From: an uncultured Chloroflexia bacterium
GTDB taxonomy: Bacteria > Chloroflexota > UBA6077 > JACCZL01
DNA: 64,000 bases
NCBI GenBank assembly: GCA_963765765.1
Contig: CAVXYC010000023.1
Location: 64,001 to 128,000, forward strand
Reading direction: 5' to 3'
This document shows, piece after piece, positions 41,006-50,931 of the stretch (within the stretch, counting starts at the first letter, position 1; each line of letters begins with the position of its first letter). The notes beneath the pieces are model-generated. The model saw only the letters and a program-made list of their open reading frames with translations. It searched no databases and had not been told where the DNA came from. A program made the translations under genes and the position numbers.

Positions 41006-44000
41006 CTAAGGGAGAGATTCCGAACGCCCGAGCGGTGAAAAAATGGGAAGTGTCAAAGGAAGCTCAAGATCTGTCTCAAGCTCGCTCATGTCCAATTCAG
41101 CAGTCCCGACGATCGAAAGATAGATCTCGACGAGCGCGTACACCAGGTTCTGAGCCAAATGCGTGCGCAGACTTAAACACCATTCCATTATGTCGATTGA
41201 CTCCTCGGCATTTGACCCACTCATGATCCGTCTCAACAGAGTAACGAGTGCCCCAGTCAATGCTCCATTTTCCAACGACGCCGACTCAAATATTCGCGCG
41301 ACCGTTCTTCGCGAGATCGGTTCCTTGGTCGCAGCGATTAACTTGATCAAGCCTGACTGGGCTGTGGGACCGAACTCTGGAATTCTCCCAGTCAACTGAT
41401 CCACGTTGTCAAGCGATTTGGGAAGCCGAAGAACTCTAACCGGTCTTGCGCCTGAGGGATCTGTTAGAATGCCGGACAAATGGACCAGGCGGAAGAGTCC
41501 CGTCGAATGCGGGGATTGACCTCTGGCAGCGACTGTAAGTAGTCGCTCAAGAATCCTTGGCGCCAACGGGTCCATTGTGGCAGCTCCGTCTTCGGCGCAG
41601 AACAAATACTCCTCGGCTCCACTCAAACGAACGAGCAATTTGCTAGTTGTCGCATCGAAGGCAGGATATCGCGCGAACAGGACCGCCAACTTGGCTAGCG
41701 TAATGACTTCACGCCTGCTTGATGGAATTGCGGACGCGATCTCGAAAAGCCGCTCAAGTGGCGCTGAGAGGACCTCAACAGCGGAACTCAACCTCGATGA
41801 CGGAGCGACAGCAAAGTAGGCTACAAGAAGTCGCTCAAGTACCGCCCAGCCACGCCAGTGACCCGACACGTTTCCGCTCCACACTGAGGTAACCGTATCC
41901 AAAATCGCCGATACAATTGACGGCTGCAACGCCCCGTCAGTCATTGGGAGACGGAGACTACCTAACCGAACTCCCCTACGTAGACCCGGGCTCTAGGGAA
42001 GATGACACTAATCCCGAACGCACATCATCCGTGGCACGCAGTCCCTCTCGGAATTTAGCTATTTCTTTAGGGCCGAACGAGTCAACTACATATGCCAAAA
42101 GCAAGCGCTCAGGCGACTCGGTCGAGATTGTTGCCCGCAACCTCATCGCTCCGCGACTAAGCGCAATGCCCTGAGTTTGCTTGATGGCCCTCAACAAGTC
42201 CGATCGCATACGTGAGACATCTGGAAACCCGACCAAGTACGCGAAACGGTCCACTTGCTCGAGATCCTTACCTACAAACAAAGGACGATCCAAGAAGTCC
42301 ATTGGAATGTCCTGCGCTCGTCCTGGGTGGCGGTTCACGCGTCGCCATAGCAGCATGAATGCTGACACGCGAAACTCAAGCAATAATGACGTGTCGGTCG
42401 CGATCTCGATCAACTGCGCATTCGGGAGATGTCCAGTTACATCGTCTAGGGGCGAAGATAGCTCAGTCGCGAACGCTCCCGGGGCCTGTAGGAATTGAGA
42501 CCGCGTCGACCGAACTCGGTTGGCCGCGTACATTCTTTGATGATCGTTATAAAGAATCATCAGTTGACTGAACATCCATACGGCCCGCAGTTGGCCAAGC
42601 CAATCGCGTCTGTCGAACAATTCCTCGCTGATCTCAATGCCACCTGTGGGAAATCGCCATCCCGCGTCACCCACCGCAGACCGAAAGATAGCAGCACCAG
42701 CGTCGGTTGAGAGTATTCGCTCCTCTATGAGCCGAACCACGTATTCTGAATCCGCAAGAAAAGTCTGAACCCACAAGCGTCGAAAACGCGGCAAGGATGG
42801 GTCCGGAACACCCGGGACATCTCGCCACGCCGGAGCTCCACAGCGCCACTCGGCGAGCAACCCGACTCGCTCTCCGTCGGTTAGGACGCCAGCACGAACC
42901 AGCGAAGCCAACACCTCACTTGCGCGCCGATCATCACCCGACATGGTGTGAAATAGTTGGACCAGGCGCAACTCATGCCTGGACTCCACCTCGCTCATGC
43001 GATCGGACAATATCGGCTTAACGAAATCCCTGATATCCTCCGCCGGCAGCTCTCCTAAACGCTTGCTCAACTCCGCAAAGCGCAACCTGTCCAGACCAAC
43101 CGTCGCTAGCCGCAGAGCGTATTCAAGTGCCCCACGTTGAAGAATCCGATTCGGCGCGAACGATCGGTCGCTAGCAATTTCCAACGCCAGCCAGCCGCCC
43201 CGAAACGCAAACCGGTGAACCCCGCTGCGATCTATATCGCGACAACCTTCGAGAACATGCGCCGCCTCACCCGAATGCGCACGGCCCACGCGCCCTGCGA
43301 AAAACAAAACAACATTGCGCCAGTGCGGTGCAAGAGAAATCGATTGAAATCGTTTAAACCGAAGCTCACTCCCGCTTGCCGAATCGACCAAATGACCCGC
43401 AGCGAAAAACTCCTGAATCGATCTCAATTCGAAACCGTACACTCCGGGTTCGCTCTCCACTAACAAAACCAGACGTTCGTGGGCTTCGCTGATCAGCTGA
43501 TTTGCAACCTCACTAACCTCCTTCTCTCCAGAAAACGGATTATTGAACCGCAACAATCTCACAACCTCCGCCTTGAATTCATTCTCGCCTAAAATTGACC
43601 GCGTATCGCCTGCGGCCGTTGACCTTCGATGCAATATATATGCCAAGTACTGATGCAGCCCGAAGAGTAATCTCTTTTCTGTCTGGATTATTGTCTTGGA
43701 CTTCGAACGTTCACGCTTATAAATGACTTCTAGGTATTCGTTGAACAGTTCTTCTCGCTGCCTTGGCGGCGTGCCGCCACTCAATATGATTAGAATAAAG
43801 ATGGTGACCTGAAGTGGTGTTGTCATAAGCGACTGGAAGTTTGGATCTGCCAAACAATCCTTGATCATTGCTCTTAACGCCAGGCCCTTCGGTTGCTCGA
43901 TACTCTTTGCTGAGATCCACCTCTCCGTGTATTCGAGGACTTTTTCCGTTGACATATTGACGAGTGTGAAGTGAACGAACTCCTCCGGATTAAAATTATC

Positions 44001-45262
44001 TGAATACCCAGTAGGTCTAGATGTCGCTATGATCTGACTATCCGCCTTAAGAACATTGTCCAGGCGATTAATGAATTCTGCAACCAAATTTAACAGTGAT
44101 ACTCGGAGTTCTTTGTCTGTTACCTCATCGAGACCATCCAATATAAGAAGTATTGGGTTAGATTTGATCAGTTCTTGGATTTGCTCAGGACTAACAGACC
44201 GTCCAGATCTCTCTTCGATTATCGTTGCAATGAACCGTTCCACATGATGTGATCCCGCGGTATCTGTTATCCATTGGGCATAATCTTTGAGAATAATACG
44301 GATTGGAATTCGCAAGACCCGAGGCGTGAAATCATCAGTGTTACTGCCAAACTCTTCGCTACGTTTGAGAATATGGGCACGATGGATTTGGGCAATGAAT
44401 TGACCGAGCGTCGATTTTCCCTGACCCGGCCCTCCGATAAGAACTGACTTAAGCGGTCCCGCCCCTATTAGTCTTTGGGCCGCCGGAATAGCTTCGGGAA
44501 CTTGGTCCACCCGCATGCCAGTCGCAATTACCGTGGTGCGGCCATGGAAGGTGAACCGCAGGTCCTCGAGATTCCGGGGCCGGGACGTCCAGATCGATGA
44601 ATATGCGACGAAGAGGAATCGGGTGCTCACCGATTTCACCGGCTTGGTTGAGCATACTGATCGTGGTCGAAGGATCCTTGAATGTAGAGTTGGACCGTTT
44701 CTGCCATAAAGGAGCGGGACCGATTTTGAGCATCTAGGAGTTCTGCCAGAACGTCACCGGGCGTTAAGAGGTGGTAGTAGGTCCGTCTTATCTCCGGGCT
44801 TAGGTCTAGCATTCGGGCAATATCGTCATAACCCCAAACCTGAATATGTCGAATTACAGTCGAGAAGTTCGGGATAACTTGGGTTTGTATCTGGTCATGC
44901 GTTCCAATATCAGGAACAGATGAGAGTGCAACATTAGTCGCAAGTATGTAGTTGTCACAGTCACGTTGATACTTGCCAGTGATTTTCTCAAGCTCAGAGT
45001 TCAAGTCCCGTACAATTAGCCTCCGGGCTTGATCGGGCCGGACTAGCTTCGTGTCATGAAACTTCGCTTGGATGATCCAGTTGCCGTCCCACGGGTCAGC
45101 CGTGGACGGGAAGGTCGATCGCCCCGAGTAAGTGGCTTCGCGACCTCCGTCAGGCCCAGCTCCAAACGTGGTTGTCCCAGGCGCGATGAATTTCTTTGCG
45201 AGCGCCTGGACTAGGTGCTCAAATTGGGTTTCACCTAGTCGATTGAGTTCATAATCTGGCAT
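41006..45262 (-). CDS. Restriction-endonuclease-like N-terminus, NACHT/STAND NTPase and long helical C-terminus (probably one gene, split by frameshifts at about 44640, 44585 and 41960)
   Basis: FEHLVQAL…GAGPDGGREA…WIIQAKFH; linker IPLRRIFIDLDV; Walker A GGPGQGKST; Walker B LLILDGLDEV; IIATSRP; TPLQVTI; FELRSIQEFFAA; WRNVVLFFAG; visibly AT-richer than the flanks. Confidence 0.8.
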
Positions 45263-45511
45263 AGGTTCACGCACTCCATAGCAAAGTCCGCATAGGGAAG
45301 TGGCAACTACTGAGGCGGCGTCATGTAACGAGTTCGCGCTATTCGAGATGATGAACGGACTCTTGAAAATTGGCAAGCTCAAGATCAGGCGGTGACTGCC
45401 AAGGTCCAGTCGACTGCAAGTCGGCCTTCGTTTTGATTCTCGTCCAGCGGTTGCTTGCGTGATGGAAAGCTAACGAAAGCGGTTTGTAAGTTACACGCAT
45501 AAAAGGGCGCC

Positions 45512-45927
45512 TGTCGGCCGGTGGGCTGGCAGAAGGAGCACAGGGATCGCTATCCCGCCACGAGGGTGAGGACGGCCATATCTGGAACGGCCGACCCAGG
45601 CTTCTCCTGACGACCACCGAACGCAGGAGCGGCCAGCAGCACACCTAGCCGATCAATTGCGGTGAGTCAAGTGGTCGTTACCTGGTCATCGGCTCGCGCG
45701 GGGGTGCGCCCGAGCATCCCCAGTGGTATCAGAACCTGATGGTCAACCCAGAAGTGGAAGTACAGGTCAAGGGCGACCGATTCAAAGCCCGCGCGCACAC
45801 GGCCACGGCGGACGAGAAGCCGCCACTCTGGGACTTGATGGTGGGCGTCTACCCATCGTTCGCCGAGTATCAGACGCGGACGGAGCGCGAGATTCCGGTC
45901 GTCGTCCTCGAGCGGGTCGAGGAGTAA
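45512..45927 (+). pseudogene. Deazaflavin-dependent nitroreductase copy 2, 5' half decayed
   Basis: Aligns with 40000-40413; in-frame TAG at about 45645 and no start; 3' half intact (NPEVEVQV…YQTRTEREIPVVVLER). Confidence 0.85.
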
Positions 45928-45946
45928 ACTCTCCTCTTATCTGACC

Positions 45947-47239
45947 CTAGGATCCACTGGCGGGTTTCGCCGCGACCTCGCCCGTCTTTGCCCGATCCTC
46001 GCGATCGTGGCGCGCCAGCGTATCCCCTAGTACTATGCCCACGCCTGCTGCGACCAGGACAGCGCACATGCCAAGGTACACGAAGCTGTAGCCGAATCCG
46101 AAATGCTCGGCGATGGCGGCAAACGCTGCCGGAGTCACCGTGGCGCCAAGCTGAGCAAACGTCCGCCAGATGGCGAAGAAGCGGCCCCGTGCAAATGTTG
46201 GCGAAAGATCGGTCCCCAGGACCTGCATCGTTCCGCCCGTCATGCCTTGACTGGCCTGCACCAGCACATAGCACACCATGAAGTACTCGGTCGGCACGTC
46301 GAAGAACGCCGTCAGGGACATCAGGAAGAGCGCCGAGGCGTAGGTGCTGAACCCAGGAACAATAACCTTGCGGCGACCGATTCTGTCCATGAGATAGCCG
46401 GTCAGGAACGGGATGGGCAGGGCGCAGGCCACCGCCGCGGTATTGAGCAAGCCGAGCGTGTCAGGACCGAGGTTGTAGTTGTAGACGGCGTAGAGGTTCA
46501 GCGCGCCCTGATCGAACCCACCCCGGGCGAGATTTGCCAGGGTTTGGATGGCCAGGAAAGTGATCATCTGGAAGGTGAGCATGTAGGCGATGACTCGACC
46601 CCACTCGTTCCCCTCAGACGCGGCAGCGGGTGCTTCGCCCTCCACTCGCTTCCGGCGCATGGGATCACTCTCCCTGACCAACCAGAAACTCGGGATAATC
46701 GCCAGCACCGTGAGGAAAGCGTGCACCATGAATGGCACAGCTAACCCGAATCCGGCCGCGAGGAAACCACCCACCGATGGCCCGAAGAGCGTCCCTGCCT
46801 GTCCAACCCCCATCATCCATTGCTGCTGCCTGGCGCGCTCGCGATGTCGGGCCGTATCGGCGATTATTACCAGACGAGCCTGCATCCAGATCTGAAGCGC
46901 CACGCCCGCCAGGAATCTCCAGAACAGCAGCTCGCCGATGCTATGTGCCAGCGGCGTCATAAAGGATGCGATGCCAGCGAGCATCGGCCCGCACAGCAGC
47001 ACCGGTCGGCGACCAACCTTATCGATCAGCACGCCCGTGGGAAACGTCGCCGCGAGCTGGCCAGCGTTTGACGCCACGAACACCAGCGAAGCCACACCCA
47101 CCCCAACATCGAACGACTTGGCCAGCCCGGGGATCACGGGGGCTACGAGACTGGTGCCCAGTGAGAGCAGCACGGAAGGGAGATACAGCGACAGGATCTG
47201 GTTCATGGAAACCAGCCCTTCCGAGCGCGGTTGGGACAT
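45947..47239 (-). CDS. MFS transporter
   Basis: GVLIDKVGRR and GYLMDRIGRR motif A; about 12 TM segments; RBS GAGGAG. Confidence 0.9.
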   Translation of the reverse strand: MSQPRSEGLVSMNQILSLYLPSVLLSLGTSLVAPVIPGLAKSFDVGVGVASLVFVASNAGQLAATFPTGVLIDKVGRRPVLLCGPMLAGIASFMTPLAHSIGELLFWRFLAGVALQIWMQARLVIIADTARHRERARQQQWMMGVGQAGTLFGPSVGGFLAAGFGLAVPFMVHAFLTVLAIIPSFWLVRESDPMRRKRVEGEAPAAASEGNEWGRVIAYMLTFQMITFLAIQTLANLARGGFDQGALNLYAVYNYNLGPDTLGLLNTAAVACALPIPFLTGYLMDRIGRRKVIVPGFSTYASALFLMSLTAFFDVPTEYFMVCYVLVQASQGMTGGTMQVLGTDLSPTFARGRFFAIWRTFAQLGATVTPAAFAAIAEHFGFGYSFVYLGMCAVLVAAGVGIVLGDTLARHDREDRAKTGEVAAKPASGS

Positions 47240-47411
47240 CAAGGCTCCTCATGTCGGCTGGACGTAGATGGATCCAGTGCCGACCGCTAGGTATTTTACG
47301 ACCGAAGCTCAGCGCTGTCTAACGTGAACGTGAAGGTCAGATTTAGGCGGTGTCCGCAATTGGATCCATAGATTCAATGAGCAGCCTTGTAGAGGGGTAC
47401 GCTTGAGACAA

Positions 47412-47590
47412 GTAGTGAGCACTTCATTTCAGCAGCTTTTCGCGAAGACAGAGAGCGAGCGGAGCGATGCGTCAAGCGAAAGCGTGGTTAGCCCTCTACT
47501 GCAATTGGCCCGCCGATCGTGATCGGAGGCGGCGTCGCTTCGCTTGCTCTTAGCGCTCGCGAAAAATCGCCGAAATGAAGCGATCACTAC
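47412..47590. repeat. Long imperfect inverted repeat (about 60-bp arms), MITE-like or structured RNA
   Basis: gtagtgagcacttcatttcagcagcttttcgcga… pairs with …tcgcgaaaaatcgccgaaatgaagcgatcactac. Confidence 0.7.
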
Positions 47591-47663
47591 GTACATAGTA
47601 AGCCCAGGAGCTCTTTCCCACGCATGATAGAATCGGCTTAGCCGTGCCTGCCCATTACCTTCC

Positions 47664-49241
47664 GTGACCGGCGCAATGCAGGTTCCCCTGCCCGCCTCGC
47701 GCTCGGCTCTGGATTCACCCCTCGCCTGGCTTCTTGGCTGCGGAACGCTGAGCGGCGTTATCTGGTGGCAATTCTTTACTGTGCCGTTCCCGCTGGCTCA
47801 GTACTACGCCCAGGGCCACGTGGACTACGCCTGGATCACTCAGTACCGTCCAGAGGGTACGTTCATCTTCATGGCCGCGTTCGGAGCGCTCTTCGCGCTG
47901 GCCTGGGTGGCGCAGCAGAAGGTTCTAGGGGATAAGTCTGCCGAGGCGATTCTCACTGTGCTGGCCGGACACGTAGTGTTCAGTGCGGTACTCCGAGGCA
48001 TGTATCCGACCGCGGCGGTGGATATTTACGATTACTTTCTCTATGGCCGGATCTCGCTGATCCACGGTGGAAACCCATTCATCCAGCCACCGCGCGACTT
48101 CCCTCAGGATCCGTTCCTCTATCTATCACCCTGGCAAGCTGAGCCGTCTGTCTACGGTCCAATCTGGCAGATTATCAGTTTAGCGCCGACCGCGCTCGCA
48201 GGCGACGATCTGTTGTTTGCGATCGGCGCGTTCAAGGTGACGGCGATACTCGGCTCATTCCTCACCGCGGTAATCATCTATCTGACGCTCCGCCGCATTG
48301 CACCGAACCGTGCTGTTGCTGGCACGCTGTTCTTCGCCTGGAACCCGCTAGTGCTCTTCGAAACTGCCGGCAATGGCCACAATGACTCAATTCTGACGGT
48401 ATTGATGATGGCGAGCGTCTTCTGCCTTATTGTCGGTCCGCGCTGGGGAGCACTTCCTGGACTAGCCGCCGCGGCACTCACCAAGGTCCCCGTGATTCTT
48501 CTCGGCCCGCTGATGCTGGCGGGCGTTCTACGCGCCGACACACTTCAACGCTCAATCCGGACCGCGACCATCGGCCTGGCCGCATCGCTAGCGCTGGTCG
48601 TCGCCGCTTACCTGCCGTTCTGGGTGGGCCTGCCCACGCTCAGCTTTCTAGGCCGTGGTCACTGGTTCACAGCCTCCCCAGCCACGCTGCTCCGTGAGGT
48701 GCTGCGACTCCAAGGCATAGAGTTCGAAACAGCCAACCAGTACGCGACACTCATTTCGGCGGCGATCTTCGGGCTGATTTACGTCTGGTGTCTGGTCGCG
48801 TACCTGCGTTCACCAGCCCCGCGCTCCGCCTCCATTCATCAGAATGAGTCCGTAACCGCTCATCACTCGTCACACATGACTCATCACTGGCTCGCTCGTG
48901 ATTGGCAACCCTGGCTCCGCGCAGCCTATCGAGTGACCATGGCTTATCTGGTGATCGCGGCGCTCTGGTGGCACGCCTGGTACCTGCTCATGCTGATCTG
49001 CTTTGCCGCGCTGCTGGGGGATTCCGTACTGGAGACACGCTGCAATCTGTTCTGCTTCGGTGGCCTACTCTCGTACGTGGTGTTCAAATACGTCTGGTGG
49101 TATTGGGAGCCAACCGGCGACTACTTTCGAATCATGACCGTGAGCGTGGTGGCCATCTTCTCGCTTCCGGCACTCCACTGGCTGCTGTCATTCTTGCCGT
49201 CCAACCATCAAGCAACCGTGGCGGAAGCTCAGGGCACGTAA
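47664..49241 (+). CDS. GT-C fold membrane glycosyltransferase (MptB/GT87-like)
   Basis: DIYDYFLYGR…GNPF, PSVYGPIW, FAWNPL…GNGHND, many TM helices. Confidence 0.8.
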   Translation: MTGAMQVPLPASRSALDSPLAWLLGCGTLSGVIWWQFFTVPFPLAQYYAQGHVDYAWITQYRPEGTFIFMAAFGALFALAWVAQQKVLGDKSAEAILTVLAGHVVFSAVLRGMYPTAAVDIYDYFLYGRISLIHGGNPFIQPPRDFPQDPFLYLSPWQAEPSVYGPIWQIISLAPTALAGDDLLFAIGAFKVTAILGSFLTAVIIYLTLRRIAPNRAVAGTLFFAWNPLVLFETAGNGHNDSILTVLMMASVFCLIVGPRWGALPGLAAAALTKVPVILLGPLMLAGVLRADTLQRSIRTATIGLAASLALVVAAYLPFWVGLPTLSFLGRGHWFTASPATLLREVLRLQGIEFETANQYATLISAAIFGLIYVWCLVAYLRSPAPRSASIHQNESVTAHHSSHMTHHWLARDWQPWLRAAYRVTMAYLVIAALWWHAWYLLMLICFAALLGDSVLETRCNLFCFGGLLSYVVFKYVWWYWEPTGDYFRIMTVSVVAIFSLPALHWLLSFLPSNHQATVAEAQGT

Positions 49242-49747
49242 TCAGCTCAATATTCTGGCTCGACAAAATGTTGACGGCATTCGATACGAAGCTACCGGCA
49301 AGAACCTGACACAGTAACGGCCACAGTGTCCCGGAGATGGTACTTGGCGACACCGGTCACAAAGAGAAGAAGAAAGCCCTCTGTAAGAATCAGCTCTCGA
49401 ATCAACAGATGAGCGTTGTTGAGGATCGCACCTGGCGCCACGCGCCGTGGAGTGCGCCGCGGGTAGCAAGAATTCTTGTGGAGTTTGAGGAAAGAGCACG
49501 GGCGGACGCTCCGCTGCAGTGGTCGAGACATCGGAAGGAGGGACACCCCATGGCCAGAGTCAAAGCCCTGACCGTTTTCGCACTCTGGCAGAGCGCTGCG
49601 CCGAAACCACAACACGAGTACCCGGTGTGGGCGACATGAGCTCCGAACGAAGCCGCTCCTCCAGCGCATCCGGAAGTCGGCGCTGGAGGAGGCGCTGCAG
49701 CACCGAGTGCCGGCCGGGCGCTCCCCACGCACCGAAGTGCGCCCGTA

Positions 49748-50820
49748 TCAATCGCACCGGCGGCTCGTGCCGAACTGCTCCGCAGCCGCCGTCCAGATCC
49801 AGCGCGCGCCGTCGCCTAGCACGACAACCGCCCGCAACCTCGCCAGCCCGGGCCCGGTGACCGGGCCATCGACGCCGAGGATGTCCAGGCCGCCCCGCCG
49901 CGCCACTTCGGCGCCCCAGCGCCCGGTGAACGGCCCCACCGGCTCGCGGGCCGCCACGTAACTCGGGGCCTCCAAGCGCTGCCGTTCCGGGGGCGCAGCC
50001 GGATCCCAGCCGCCGACCACGCCGAGTTTGACTTCGTGCCAGCCATCGTTGAAGCGCACCAGCACGCCATCGGTTTCAGCGACCAGCTGGTGCGGGGCGG
50101 CGTCCACCGGCCCGGCCGGGGCCCGCGTCCGTTCGACGGTGGCGCGGTCGGCCTGCTGAGCCTGATCGAGCGCGGCCCCGGCGGCCTCGGTCTGGGTGCG
50201 CACCGTCTCGGGACTCACGGCCAGGCCGGTCAGGTCCTCGAGCAGGTCGGCGGCCTCGGCAAACGCCGTGGCGCCCCCCAGCCGGACCAGCCAGGCGCGC
50301 AGCGGGCCGCTCAGGCGCTGGTGCGGCGCGAGGCCCAGCGTGCGGTCGGTCGGGCTCCAGCCGTGGCGGCAGGTCGGGCAGTGCGCCCACGGGCGCGACC
50401 AGCGGACCGGGCCGCAGACCGTGACCACCTGGCGGGAACGCCAGCTGTGCGTGGGCGCGGTCGTGCCGCACTCCGGACAACGGGACCGGTCGCGCTGGAG
50501 CCCGGGATCCAGACTGCGCTGGGTAGCCGCGATCATCCCGGCGACCAGCGTCGGGGCCACGGTGCGCAGCTCGGTCTGGACCTGGCGCTCGAGATCCGTC
50601 AGAGAGGCATCGCGGTGGGCGCGCGCCCAAGCCGCCAAGCGGTGGGCACAGGCGGCGAGCGGTGCGACAATCGTCTCGGGAAGGTTCTCCGCGTCCATGC
50701 GACCTTCCTCGCGGCCGGGGCATCTCACTGCCCCGGCCGCCTCGGCATGAGAATCCGCGTTCGCAGCGTAACCCATCCGCTCCGTTCTCACCACAGCTCT
50801 CAAAGCTTTTGGTTACACCC
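49748..50820 (-). mobile_element. Truncated ISKra4/ISLre2-like (UPF0236) IS; transposase 50698-49748 lacks its C-terminus
   Basis: CPECG…TVCGPV…CPTCRHG.SPTD..LGL, ETDG, WHEVKLG, VVLGDGARWIW then an abrupt break; candidate end GGGTGTAACC at 50820; higher GC than the flanks. Confidence 0.8.
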
Positions 50821-50931
50821 CCAGTCCCTAATCGTTTGCGCATCCCGCGAAATTGAACTACGCTGGCCTCATTCCTCGGCTGCTCGCGTCTGCCAAGGAC
50901 CGAGTGGCGAACCCTAGAATGGGATGGTGTC

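Noticed and set aside
49292-49757. Minus-strand ORFs as the frameshifted C-terminus of the ISKra4-like transposase
   Set aside because: None of them shows the expected D..H or GSG..E motifs, so the element is treated as truncated.
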